Shown: positions 36,561-47,206, numbered from the stretch's first letter. The stretch: DNA of 64,000 nucleotides from an uncultured Chloroflexia bacterium (GCA_963810725.1 CAWEOO010000008.1:588189-652188); one strand, 5' to 3'. The notes: generated by a model from the sequence alone, not told the origin. Numbers and translations: made by a program.

Positions 36561-38037
36561 AGGAAAAGGCGTTGGTTGCGGGGACTGGATTCGAACCAGT
36601 GACCTTCGGGTTATGAGCCCGACGAGCTGCCGCTGCTCCACCCCGCTCGGAGATGATAGGTAGCGAGCCCGATTCGGTCAAATGCCGGGCAGCGCGGCCT
36701 CGCTCGCGGGCGGCCGGCCAGCTCAGGCGGCGCCCGCCGATCGCGAGGCCCACGACCAGCGTGATCATCATGACCGCGCTGAACACGTAGAACGGGTACA
36801 GGATGTTCCGCTCGGCCAGGACGCCGGTGCCGAGCGAGGCGGCGATGAACCCGAGCGTGCCCGCGGCCCCGAACAGGCCCTGCGTCGTCGAGGAGCGCCC
36901 CGGTGGTGAATTCGCCGCAACGACCGCGTACAGGGCCGGGTTGAGGAACGCGAAGCCGGTCGCCTCGACGAGGATCAGCGGGACGGACAGGACCGGATCG
37001 GACAGGAACGTGTACAGGATGCCGGTAACGGCGGGCAGGACGCAGCCGAGGACGATGAACGCCATCGACCCCCGCTTGTCGATGATCCGGCCGGCGATCG
37101 GCGACAGGACCAGGACCGGCAAGCCGAACATCGCGAACGTGAGCCCGATGAGCGGCAGGTCCGCCCCGAGCCCTTCCAGGAAGAGGCTCCAGATGACCTC
37201 GTACGTGCCGCCCCCGTAGTACCCGCCCAGATTGATGATGAGCGCGGCGATGAGCCCCCGGTTGAGCAGCCGCATCGCCCGGGAGGGCCTCCCCGGCGTA
37301 TCCGCGGCGAGGTCCGCCGCGAGGCGGCCCTCGATGAAGGGCGAGTCCGGCGGCAGGGTCGTGACGTCCGGGGACCGCGTCCCGTGGGCCTGGCGCTGGT
37401 AGCCCTCCTCGCGGACGCGCAGCGCGATGCCAACGGCCGCGACCACCGCCGCGATCGCGCTGAACACGAACACGAAGGCGATGCCCCCGAACTGGGCCGC
37501 CCCGAACGCACCGATCGTCGGGCCCAGCAGCAGCCCGCCCATCTGGGCCGCCCCGTACAGGCCGAACGCCTCGCCGCGCCGGTCCGGCGGCGTCGCGTCG
37601 GTCAAGAATCCGCGTGCCGCAGGGTCGTAGATGGCGGCACCAAGGCCGGCGCCCGCGCGCAGCAGCACGAACGCCACGGGCCCGGTCAGGACGAGCGGCA
37701 GCGCCCCGAAGACGCCGGTGGCGATAAGGCCGATAACCATCAACGGAACCCGCTCCGTGCGGTCCGCCAGCCAGCCGAAGATCGGCTCGCTGACGAGCCG
37801 GGCGGCCGGCCATGCTGCGATGACGATGCCCAGGGTCGCGAGGTCGACGCCCTGCTCCGCGAAATACAGCGGCAGCACCGGCAGCAGGCCGCCGAATCCC
37901 AGCCAGACGACGAATTCGGCGACGAGCAGCGGGGCGATGCCGCCCCATCGGTCGAGCCACCCCGACCATCGACGACCGAGCCCGGACGAGGCCTCGGGCG
38001 GGTTCGGGGCGACGGGTTGTGGCAGGCTCGGCGACAT
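36559..38037 (-). CDS. MFS transporter (3' end uncertain; the open frame reads through the tRNA-Met gene)
   Basis: C-terminal 492 codons of ORF 36559..39195 from ATG 38037 (MSPSLPQ). About 12 TM segments, with MFS loop motifs GWLADRTERVP and PIAGRIIDKRG. The upstream part of the ORF is antisense to the ABC ATPase gene. Confidence 0.75.
   Translation of the reverse strand: MSPSLPQPVAPNPPEASSGLGRRWSGWLDRWGGIAPLLVAEFVVWLGFGGLLPVLPLYFAEQGVDLATLGIVIAAWPAARLVSEPIFGWLADRTERVPLMVIGLIATGVFGALPLVLTGPVAFVLLRAGAGLGAAIYDPAARGFLTDATPPDRRGEAFGLYGAAQMGGLLLGPTIGAFGAAQFGGIAFVFVFSAIAAVVAAVGIALRVREEGYQRQAHGTRSPDVTTLPPDSPFIEGRLAADLAADTPGRPSRAMRLLNRGLIAALIINLGGYYGGGTYEVIWSLFLEGLGADLPLIGLTFAMFGLPVLVLSPIAGRIIDKRGSMAFIVLGCVLPAVTGILYTFLSDPVLSVPLILVEATGFAFLNPALYAVVAANSPPGRSSTTQGLFGAAGTLGFIAASLGTGVLAERNILYPFYVFSAVMMITLVVGLAIGGRRLSWPAARERGRAARHLTESGSLPIISERGGAAAARRAHNPKVTGSNPVPATNAFS
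36573..36647 (-). tRNA. tRNA-Met (CAU), initiator type
   Basis: The reverse complement folds as a cloverleaf: (A)GCGGGG acceptor, TAGCTC-type D arm, anticodon arm TCGGG-CTCATAA-CCCGA with three consecutive G:C pairs, T arm ACTGG-TTCGAAT-CCAGT, and an encoded CCA. Positions 1 and 72 are unpaired (A/A), as expected for an initiator tRNA. Confidence 0.9.
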
Positions 38038-38187
38038 GGGACCGGGGCTACGGGTCGGCGGGTCAGCGTAGCCGACGAGCGTCGCCCGGCTGCGGCTCCG
38101 GATGCGCCCGGCAGGACGGCGGGCCGTTAACACGCAAGCCCTATACTCGGGTCTCCGACCGACCGTAACCCAGGGGTGCGCCACCGC

Positions 38188-39176
<989 letters not shown>

Positions 39177-39180
<4 letters not shown>

Positions 39181-39992
39181 CCGCACGAACGACATCCGCG
39201 CCGAGCGGCGGAATCGGCCGGTCGATCACCGACGGCCTCCTGGTGGGCTGGCGAAACCTCAAGCGCATCCCCCGCATCCCCGAGCTGGCGATCTTCGCCA
39301 TCCTCCAGTCGATCATGTTCGTGCTGCTGTTCGTGTTCGTGTTCGGCGGCGCGATCAACGTGCCGGGCGATTACACGTCGTTCCTGATGCCCGGGATCTT
39401 CGCCCAGACGATCGTCTTCGCCTCCGGTACGACGGCGATCGGCATGACCGACGACGTCAACAAGGGGATCATCGACCGGTTCCGGTCGCTGCCGATGTCG
39501 CGCTCCGCCGTCCTGACCGGCCGGACGTTCTCGGACGTCATCTACAACGCCGGGATCCTCGTCGTCCTGATGCTGACCGGGTTCGCCATCGGCTGGCGCG
39601 TCGAGAACATCCCGTCGCTCGTGGCGGGCTTCGCGCTGCTGCTGTTCTTCGCCTATGGGATGGTCTGGCTCGGCGTCTGGCTGGGATTGAACGTCCCGAC
39701 GGTCGAAGTCGGCCAGCAGGTGATCTTCACGGTGCTCTTCCCGATCACCTTCATCTCGAACGTGTTCGTCCCGGCTTCGACGTTGCCGACCTGGCTCCAG
39801 CCGGTCGCGGAGTGGAATCCGACGAGCACGCTGACGGCCGCCCTGCGCGAGATGTGGGGTTACCCCACGCAGCGCGTGTCGGACAGCCTCGCCTCGACCC
39901 AGCCCGCGCTCGTGACGATCGTCTGGGTGCTCATCTTCATTGCGATCTTCGCGCCGCTCGGAGTGCGCCGCTATCGCTCGATGAGCCGCTGA
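39177..39992 (+). CDS. ABC-2 type transporter permease (DrrB-like)
   Basis: ORF 39177..39992. It has six TM segments and its start overlaps the ATPase stop. Confidence 0.8.
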
Positions 39993-39997
39993 GCGAA

Positions 39998-40360
39998 ATG
40001 CTGGCGCCGCCCTGGCTGCTGGCCCTCGGGTTGGTCCTGGCGCTCCTGGTGCTTATCCCGGCACGCCGCCTGCAGCTGGCCGGCCTGGCGCCGCGGACCA
40101 TCGGCCTCTTCGCGCTCACGCTCTGGGCGGTGGCGATGCTCGTCGCGATCAGCCCGGGCGGGACGCGGGTCCTGATCCCCATCCTGCTCGTCGCCTACCT
40201 GGCGCCGTTCGTGGCTGCGCCGGACCGGGTCGCGCGGATCCTGCGCCGGGGCGGCGGCCCGGGGCCTTCGGGTGACGGTCGGCCTCCGATGAAGAACGTG
40301 ACGCCGCCACCCGACACCGACACCCCAGCCGACCGCCAGTCCGGCGAAGGACCGCAGTGA
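39998..40360 (+). CDS. small three-TM membrane protein, hypothetical
   Basis: Frame of ORF 39101..40360 from ATG 39998: MLAPPWLLALGLVLALLVLIPA...GLFALTLWAVAMLVAI...ILLVAYLAPFVAA, followed by a Pro-rich tail. Confidence 0.45.
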   Translation: MLAPPWLLALGLVLALLVLIPARRLQLAGLAPRTIGLFALTLWAVAMLVAISPGGTRVLIPILLVAYLAPFVAAPDRVARILRRGGGPGPSGDGRPPMKNVTPPPDTDTPADRQSGEGPQ

Positions 40361-41085
40361 CCGGGCCTGTCGCGCTCCACGGCGGCGGCGAGTTCCTGCC
40401 AGGTGACGAGCCGTTCCTGCTGGCGATCCTCGCGCTCGCCCAGCGCATCGATGGCATCGTCCGCATCGCGGTCGTCCCAACGGCCGCGGCACGCGGCCGA
40501 CCCGACCTCGCCGCCGCCCATGGGGTGGCCGCCTTCCACCGGGTCGCCGATGAGGCCGGCATCGAGGTCATCGTCGACTCGGTGCCCGTCGTGGATGCCG
40601 CCTCGGCAGCGGATCCAGCGCACGCGGACCGGCTGGACCGAGCCACGCTGATCTATCTGCCGGGCGGCGACCCCGACATCATCCCAACGCTCTACCCGGG
40701 GACGGCGGCATGGGCGGCCATCGAACGGGCGCACGCCCGCGGCGCGGTGCTCGCCGGCGCGAGTGCCGGGGCCATGGCGCTCGCCGGATGGACGTGGACC
40801 CGGGACGGCGGGATGGAGGCGCTCGGGGTCGTCCCGGCCATCGGTGTCGCGCCCCACGCGGACGCCGACTCGTGGCAGCAGGTCCTGGCCCGGTACGGGG
40901 CCGCGGTTCCACAAGACCTCGACTTCATCGGCCTGGCCGAGCGGACGGGCGTCATCGTCCCGCCCGGGGCCGGCGAACCGTGGCTTGTCGTCGGCGAGGG
41001 CGAGGCGCGCTGGTTGACCGCTGCCGCCCGGGCCACTGGCGCGCCACCGCTGGTCGCCCGCAGTGGCGAACGGATCGTGCCCTAG
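40357..41085 (+). CDS. peptidase S51 / type 1 glutamine amidotransferase-like protein (cyanophycinase/PepE family)
   Basis: ORF 40357..41085. It has LIYLPGGDP and a GASAGAMAL nucleophile-elbow motif. Confidence 0.6.
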   Translation: MTGPVALHGGGEFLPGDEPFLLAILALAQRIDGIVRIAVVPTAAARGRPDLAAAHGVAAFHRVADEAGIEVIVDSVPVVDAASAADPAHADRLDRATLIYLPGGDPDIIPTLYPGTAAWAAIERAHARGAVLAGASAGAMALAGWTWTRDGGMEALGVVPAIGVAPHADADSWQQVLARYGAAVPQDLDFIGLAERTGVIVPPGAGEPWLVVGEGEARWLTAAARATGAPPLVARSGERIVP

Positions 41086-41088
41086 CGG

Positions 41089-42288
41089 ATGCGGACGGAC
41101 CTCGGCTGGAGCCTGGATCCCGGGGTCACGTTCCTCAACCACGGCTCGTTCGGGGCGTGCCCTGCGGCCGTGTTGGCGGTACAGCGCGAGTGGCGCGATC
41201 GCCTGGAGCGCGAACCGGTCACGTTCCTGGACCGCGAGCTGGAGGGCCACCTCGACCATGCCCGGAAGGTCCTCGGTGCCTTTCTTGGGGCCGACCCCGA
41301 CGGGCTCGTGTTCGTGCCCAACGCCACGACGGCGTGCAATGCGGTCCTCGCTTCGCTGCGTTTCGAAGCCCGCGACGAGATCCTGACCACCGACCACGAG
41401 TACAACGCCATCCTCAACACAGTCCGCGCCGCGGCGGACCGCGACGGCGCGCGGGTCGTGCTGGCCGCGCTGCCGTTCCCGACGACCGGCGAAGACGAGC
41501 TCGTCGATGCGGTGATGGCTGCCGTCACGCCGCGCACCCGGCTGGCCGTGCTCAGCCATGTCACGAGCCCAACCGGGCTCGTCCTGCCGATCGAGCGGAT
41601 CGTTCGTGAACTGGACGACCGCGGGATCGACACGCTCGTCGACGGCGCGCACACGCCGGGGATGGTGCCGCTCGCGCTCGATGCGCTCGGGGCGGCCTAC
41701 TACACCGGCAACGGTCACAAGTGGCTGTGCGGTCCCAAGGGGGCCGCGTTCCTGTGGGTCCGTGCCGATCGGCGGGACGCGATCCACCCTACGATCGTGT
41801 CGCATGGCGCCAACGCCACGCGCGTCGACCGGCCGCGGTTCCGCCTCGAGTTCGACTGGGTCGGGACCGGCGACCCCACGGCGGCCATCACGCTGCCCGC
41901 GGCGCTCGAGTGGATGGCGGCCCTCGAGCCCGGCGGGTGGCCCGCCGTCATGGCCGCGAACCGGGCGCTGGCGCTCGAGGCGCGCGATCGACTCGTGACC
42001 GCGCTCGGCGGCCCGCTGCCGGCGCCCGATGGGCTCATCGGATCGATGGCTGCGGTGCCGATCCCGGGCCTGCACACGGACGCGGAGGCCGCCTCGCTGC
42101 ACGAGGCGCTCTTCGAGGAGGATCGGATCGAGGTCCCGGTCGTCGCCTGGCCCGTGCCCGGCGCCCGCCCGACCCTGACGGATCCGCCGCGCGCCATCCT
42201 CGTGCGCGTCTCGGCGCAGCGCTACACCGAATCCGAGGACATCGAGCGGCTGGTCGCGGCGCTCGGCCGACGGCTGACCGCCGAGTAG
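41089..42288 (+). CDS. aminotransferase class V (isopenicillin-N epimerase / cysteine desulfurase-like)
   Basis: ORF 41089..42288. Motifs: LSHVTSPTG, DGAHTPG, and the PLP lysine motif GNGHKWLCGPKGAAFLWV. Confidence 0.8.
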   Translation: MRTDLGWSLDPGVTFLNHGSFGACPAAVLAVQREWRDRLEREPVTFLDRELEGHLDHARKVLGAFLGADPDGLVFVPNATTACNAVLASLRFEARDEILTTDHEYNAILNTVRAAADRDGARVVLAALPFPTTGEDELVDAVMAAVTPRTRLAVLSHVTSPTGLVLPIERIVRELDDRGIDTLVDGAHTPGMVPLALDALGAAYYTGNGHKWLCGPKGAAFLWVRADRRDAIHPTIVSHGANATRVDRPRFRLEFDWVGTGDPTAAITLPAALEWMAALEPGGWPAVMAANRALALEARDRLVTALGGPLPAPDGLIGSMAAVPIPGLHTDAEAASLHEALFEEDRIEVPVVAWPVPGARPTLTDPPRAILVRVSAQRYTESEDIERLVAALGRRLTAE

Positions 42289-42323
42289 ATCCCGCCCAGG
42301 AACCGGCTCGGGACACGAGCGAG
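42222..42323. repeat. direct repeat copy A (3' end of aminotransferase gene plus downstream)
   Basis: The core 42229-42323 aligns with 43558-43651. By hand alignment, 84 of 95 positions are identical with one 1-nt gap. Confidence 0.8.
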
Positions 42324-42338
42324 CTGCGCCGTGTTTCG

Positions 42339-43508
42339 CTAGTTCACGGCCACCATGATCGTGACCTTTCCCTCGCCGTCGTCCGGGACCTGCGCGTGAC
42401 CCGCTCCCAGGAACCCCCACTCGAAACCTCGCCAGATCTCGACCCGGTAGCCGGTCGCGGCCACGAAGTCCCATCGGCAGACGCCTCGCTCGTCGGTTAG
42501 GTGGATCACGTCCTCGACGAGAGCGCCCGGCACGTCCGAACGGACGAAGCAATCGACTTCAGGGACTGGCTTCCCCGCGAGGTCCAGCACTGTGATGGTC
42601 AGACTTCCCGTCCCGAGGTTGAGGGGAGGTCGGACCGTCGCATCGACGCGCATCTTTCCCTCGGCATCCAAGTGATCGATGATCTCGTCCTCGATCCCCG
42701 GGCGTGGGGCCTTCGTCCAAACGTCGATGACCACCATGTTCTCGGCGGGTCGGACCCCGCCTCCCTCGAGCTGGATGGCCTGCCGCCCAAACCACGTGAT
42801 CTCCTTCCGGATCGATGCACGAACGGGTTCGAGTTCTCGCAGCGACCATCGGACCTGGCGGACTTCGATCCGCACGGTCCCCGGCACGAACATCGCCGCG
42901 ATGGCCGATCGATGGGTCTCGATGTGGCCACTGAAGGAGGTCACCACCGTCCCGTCGTCCTTGACGAAGATGTCGGCCCAGTCCTCCGGGTGGGCGCGCC
43001 CGTACTCCGTCAGCGCTGGGCCCGCCATCTGCATGTCATCGAAGCGGGCGTCCCACGCCTCTGCCTCGGCCGGCGACATCAGGATGCGGCCCTCGCGGGT
43101 CACCGTCGAGCGATCGACTAGGAGGGCTCGGACGTTGGCCTCATCCGCGGGCAAGCCCACGCCCTCGCGAAGGCCCATCACCTCGTGCAGCCGGCGGTCG
43201 TCCATGAGCGCAGCCTCCTCGGGCGACACGCGGATGCCGTTCCAGGCGACCGATGCGGGGTCGGCGATGACGGTCTCGACCCAAACTTTGTCTGCGCGAA
43301 GGCCAGCAGCCGTGCGGGCATCGATGGACCGCACGACTTCCGGATCGGGACTGGGTGAGGGCGGTCCGGCGAAAGCGCACGACCCGATCGCGGCGGCAAG
43401 GGCAAGGAAACGAAGTACGGCCAGCAACCGCGCTCCGTCGCTCGATCTATCCCTCTTCGCGTCCCATCGCCGATCCATCGCCACCCCTGGGCTCGAATCA
43501 GACCCCAC
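42339..43508 (-). CDS. lipoprotein, hypothetical (bracketed by direct repeats)
   Basis: ORF 42339..43508. Signal peptide with lipobox (LAAAIGSCAF). The C-terminus has a beta-rich domain (TITVLDLAGKPVPEVDCFV...GYRVEIW). Confidence 0.6.
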   Translation of the reverse strand: MGSDSSPGVAMDRRWDAKRDRSSDGARLLAVLRFLALAAAIGSCAFAGPPSPSPDPEVVRSIDARTAAGLRADKVWVETVIADPASVAWNGIRVSPEEAALMDDRRLHEVMGLREGVGLPADEANVRALLVDRSTVTREGRILMSPAEAEAWDARFDDMQMAGPALTEYGRAHPEDWADIFVKDDGTVVTSFSGHIETHRSAIAAMFVPGTVRIEVRQVRWSLRELEPVRASIRKEITWFGRQAIQLEGGGVRPAENMVVIDVWTKAPRPGIEDEIIDHLDAEGKMRVDATVRPPLNLGTGSLTITVLDLAGKPVPEVDCFVRSDVPGALVEDVIHLTDERGVCRWDFVAATGYRVEIWRGFEWGFLGAGHAQVPDDGEGKVTIMVAVN

Positions 43509-43550
43509 CCGACCCTGTGCGTCTTCGGAGCATAGCGACGTGCCGAAGCC

Positions 43551-43651
43551 CTACAGAGAATCCGAGGACCTCGAGCGGTTGGTCATGGGGCTGGCCGGCG
43601 GCTGACCGCGGAATAGATCCCGCCCAGGAACCGGCTTGGGACGCGAGCGAG
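43551..43651. repeat. direct repeat copy B (relic aminotransferase 3' end; minus strand is the methyltransferase 3' end)
   Basis: The plus strand reads YRESEDLERLVMGLAGG*, compared with YTESEDIERLVAALGRRLTAE* in copy A. The minus strand reads LARVPSRFLGGIYSAVSRRP in both copies. Confidence 0.8.
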
Positions 43652-44227
43652 AGGCGTCGTGTCGACGAGGCCGGCTTCGGCGGCCATGCCGGGCGAAAGT
43701 CGTTGCCGTGAACGGGTGCGGGACCCAGGGATTGCCACGGTCCGCGTCGTACTCGACGACGATGAACGGCGCGCCGGGCCGCAGGTGCGACGCGAGCGAC
43801 CGGATGACCGCCACTTGGCGGTCGCGCGGCACGAAATGGAGGCTGTTGGCGGCGACCAACCCGTCGAGTGGCGGGAGCGCGAGGCGGGGCGGTGAAGTCG
43901 GCGACGAGGGTCGTCAGCGCCAGGACCGGGAAGCGCGCGGGCAGGATTTCCGCGTTCGACCGCAGCGCGCCGGCGTCCCGATCGAGCGCGACGATCCGGG
44001 CGCCCGGGCCGAGCAGGTCGGCGAGGGCCAGCGTGAACGCCCCCTCCCCCGCGCCGATGTCCGCCCAGGTGCCGCCGGCGCGTGGATCCCGCCCTCGATG
44101 AGGGCAACGTGGTCATCGATGATTCCATCGCTTCAGCCTACGTCCCGGGCGGACGGGGAAGCCGGGCGCGTGCGTCGGCGCCGCTATCGTCGAACGGGCG
44201 GGAGCCAGCGTCGCGAAATCGGTCCAT
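43583..44227 (-). pseudogene. class I SAM-dependent methyltransferase, multiply frame-disrupted
   Basis: Recognisable pieces lie in three different frames: DGIIDDHVALIEGG / GTWADIGAGEGAFTLALADLLGPGARIVALD (SAM motif I) / LDGLVAANSLHFVPRDRQVAVIRSLASHLRPGAPFIVVEYD / MAAEAGLVDTTPLARVPSRFLGGIYSAV. There are at least three shifts and an in-frame TGA near 44140. Confidence 0.55.
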
Positions 44228-44359
44228 TGGCGTACATGCCAGTCCCTGACGTGTGACGTGACGGACAGTCGCGCGAGCGAATGGTGTGGCGGTCGCGGAA
44301 CGAGCCCCTGGGCCTGATATGAACGCGAGTGGCAGGCACGTCGCCGGCCAGCTCCATCC

Positions 44360-47206
44360 TCAGCCGGTGTTCTGGAGGCCGGCTGCGACGCCGTTCACCG
44401 ACATCTGGACGAGGCGCAGGACCCGGCTGCGCTCGGGGTCGTCAGGTGGCAACGCGCGGAAGCGAGCAAGCAGCCGCACCTGGAGCTCGGACAGCGCGTC
44501 GACGTAGGGGTTGCGCAGCGCGATCGACCGCTGCAGCACGGGCGCCCCGTCGAGCAGGTGGTCGCGACCGGTCACCCGCAGGAGCAACCCGACCGTCCGG
44601 TGGTACTCCGCTTCGATCGTCTCCCAGCGACGCTCGCGGTCCGGGCTGGACGCGAGGGACGCGTACCGGCGGGCGACGCCCATGTCGGCCTTCGCCAGGA
44701 TCATCTCGGCGTTATCCAGCACGGACGCCAGGAACGGCCACGACCGGTAGAGCCGGCCGATCTCGGCGAGGCCCTCGTCGCCGTGCGCCGCGCGGAACGC
44801 CTCGAGCGCGGACCCAAGGCCGTACCAGCCGGGGACGTTGATGCGCGACTGGGACCAGGCAAAGGTCCACGGGATCGCGCGCAGCGCGTCGATCGGTGGC
44901 AGGTCGGCCTCGAACCCACCGGCGCGACCGCGGGCCGCCGGCCGCGAGCCGAGACGCAGGTCGGACAGCTCCGCGATCGGGGTGATGTCGCGGAAGAAGG
45001 CCGCGAACCCCGGGTCGTCGTGGATCAGCGCGCGGTATGCGGCCCGGGCAGTGTCGGCAAGCTCGGCCAGCAGCGGGCCGCCGTCGCGCAGCGCTTCGGC
45101 CGCGGCGGCATCGTGCTCCGGGGTGGACGCGATGAGCGCCGCTCCGGTGAGCTGCTCGAGATGCCGCCGGGCGATGGCCGGGTCCGCGTAGTTGGCCGCG
45201 ATCACCTCGCCCTGCTCGGTCAGCTTGAGCCGCCCATCGACCGAGCCCGGCGCGCCGCCCAGGATCGCCCGGTTCGCCGGCCCACCGCCACGCCCGATGG
45301 CCCCGCCGCGGCCGTGGAACAGCGTCAGCTCGACGCCGTGTTCCCGCGCGACCGCCACGAGCGCCTCCTGGGCCCGGTGGAGCATCCAGGCCGCAGCCAG
45401 GAAGCCCGATTCCTTGTTCGAATCGGAGTAGCCGAGCATCACTTCCTGGCGATCGCCGCGGGTCGCGAGGTGGGCTCGGTACACCGGGTCGCGCAGCAGC
45501 TCGTCGAGGATGGGCCCGGCGCGGGCGAGCGCGTCGGACAATTCGAAGAGCGGCACGACATCGAGACGTGGCGTCAGGGCGTCGGTGCCGTCAATGGCCT
45601 CGGCACCGTCGCCGGCCGCGCCCCGCTCGAGCGCGATGCGCGCAAGTCGCAGCACGTCGGTCACGTCATGCGGCTCCGCCGTGAACGAGACCACGACCCG
45701 CCGGCACGCGTCCTCCCCGAACCGCTCCTGCAGCGCGACGATGGACCGGAACGTGGCCAGCACCTCCCCGAGCGTGACGCCCGGGGCGACCTCGAGCGCG
45801 TCCTCGGCCTCCGCCGAGCCCGACCCCGACGCGGCGTCGAGCGCCGTGAGCGCCGCGCGGTGGACGGCGGCGTGCTGGCGGACCTCCAGCGACGCGAGGT
45901 GGAACCCGAACGTCGCCAGCTGCCAGCGCAGCTCGGCGACGTCGCCCCAGGCGACCCGCGCCAGCCCGTCGTCGACGAGGGCGGCCTGGAGCTCGGCCAG
46001 CTCCGCATCGAGGTCGGCGGCGCTGTCGTAGTGCCCAGAGCGCGGACCCGTGTCGTCGGCCAGCGTCACCCGCGTGCGGCGGAGCCGCTCGGCGATGAAC
46101 CCGAACCGCTGGCGGTACGGCTCGTCCGGGAAGCGGCGGCGCAGCTGCCGATCCGTCTCGGGCAGCGCCTCGGCGTCGCGTGCGAGGCGGTTCGCCAGCG
46201 GTCGGGCGACGCGAGTCGACACCGTGGCCGCGGACACGGTCTGCATGAGCCGTAGCGCGACCGCCTCGTACCCGTGGAGGACGTGGTCCGCCTGGATGCG
46301 CAGGGTCCGTTCGGTCATCTCGGCCGTCACGGCCGGATTCCCGTCGCGGTCGCCACCGATCCACGATCCGAAGCGCAGGAACGCCGGCACGCGCGGCGGT
46401 CGGGTGCCGGTCCGCGGGCCGCGGTCGCCGGGGAGGTCCAGCGCCGCATCGGTCGTGCGGTACAGCCGCGGCACGAGCGTGAACAGCGTCGCATCGAACA
46501 CGGCCATCGCCGTGCGCACCTCGTCGAGCGGCTCGGGCGCCACGGAGCGCAGGTCGGAGGTCCGCCACATGAGCGTGATCTCCTCGCGCAGGCGGCGGCG
46601 GACCTCGCGGTCCTCTGATGGGGTCAGCCGCGGGTCGTCCAGCCGCTCGAGGAGCACGGCGCAGCGACGCAATGCGATGAGCGCCGTCCGCCGGCGGGCC
46701 TCCGTCGGATGGGCGGTCAGGACCGGCGTGATCTGCAGCCGTTCGAGCATGTCGTCGAGCGCCGTCTCATCGAGCCCGGCTCGGCGCAGCCGCCCGATCG
46801 CCTCCGCGACCGAGTCGTCCAGCACGCCGTCACGCGCCGAGCGCTCCCGTCGCCGAAGCGCCCTCACCCGGCCGCGCGCCTCGGCGAGGTTCACGAGCTG
46901 GAAATACAGGGAGAACGCCGAGATGACCGCCTCGACGGCCCCCAGGTCCAGCCCGTCGAGCTCGGCTTCGACCCGGCCGCGGAGCGCGGGATCGTCGCCC
47001 CGTCGCAGGTCGATAGCGGCTCGACGAAGGCGTTCGACGAGCTCGAAGACCGGCTGACCCGCCTGCTCCGCGATGACCTGCCCAAGGAGTGCGCCGAGGA
47101 GTCGGACTTCGAGCGCCAGGGGATCGCGTGCCCCCGCCGACCCGATGCCGGTGGGCTCGGCTCCGCGTGCGCGCGACGCGGTCTTCCGTCCGCCCGGTGG
47201 CGTCAC
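44360..47206 (-). CDS. ppc: phosphoenolpyruvate carboxylase
   Basis: ORF 44360..47206, 948 aa and intact. Motifs: VLTAHPTE, GYSDSNKESG, FHGRGGAIGRGG, and the C-terminal LQNTG. Confidence 0.93.
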   Translation of the reverse strand: MTPPGGRKTASRARGAEPTGIGSAGARDPLALEVRLLGALLGQVIAEQAGQPVFELVERLRRAAIDLRRGDDPALRGRVEAELDGLDLGAVEAVISAFSLYFQLVNLAEARGRVRALRRRERSARDGVLDDSVAEAIGRLRRAGLDETALDDMLERLQITPVLTAHPTEARRRTALIALRRCAVLLERLDDPRLTPSEDREVRRRLREEITLMWRTSDLRSVAPEPLDEVRTAMAVFDATLFTLVPRLYRTTDAALDLPGDRGPRTGTRPPRVPAFLRFGSWIGGDRDGNPAVTAEMTERTLRIQADHVLHGYEAVALRLMQTVSAATVSTRVARPLANRLARDAEALPETDRQLRRRFPDEPYRQRFGFIAERLRRTRVTLADDTGPRSGHYDSAADLDAELAELQAALVDDGLARVAWGDVAELRWQLATFGFHLASLEVRQHAAVHRAALTALDAASGSGSAEAEDALEVAPGVTLGEVLATFRSIVALQERFGEDACRRVVVSFTAEPHDVTDVLRLARIALERGAAGDGAEAIDGTDALTPRLDVVPLFELSDALARAGPILDELLRDPVYRAHLATRGDRQEVMLGYSDSNKESGFLAAAWMLHRAQEALVAVAREHGVELTLFHGRGGAIGRGGGPANRAILGGAPGSVDGRLKLTEQGEVIAANYADPAIARRHLEQLTGAALIASTPEHDAAAAEALRDGGPLLAELADTARAAYRALIHDDPGFAAFFRDITPIAELSDLRLGSRPAARGRAGGFEADLPPIDALRAIPWTFAWSQSRINVPGWYGLGSALEAFRAAHGDEGLAEIGRLYRSWPFLASVLDNAEMILAKADMGVARRYASLASSPDRERRWETIEAEYHRTVGLLLRVTGRDHLLDGAPVLQRSIALRNPYVDALSELQVRLLARFRALPPDDPERSRVLRLVQMSVNGVAAGLQNTG

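Noticed and set aside
36501-36700. The tRNA-fMet flank as an integration site of a genomic island carrying the ECF modules.
   Set aside because: There is no integrase or recombinase. I could not find a duplicated copy of the tRNA 3' end (att-like repeat) elsewhere in the window, and the codon and GC character of the ECF region looks like the rest of the segment.
38140-38150. TATACT hexamer about 40 nt upstream of the DrrA-like ATPase, read as a -10 promoter box.
   Set aside because: I found no matching -35 element at a sensible spacing. A single AT-rich hexamer in a divergent spacer is too weak to report as a feature.
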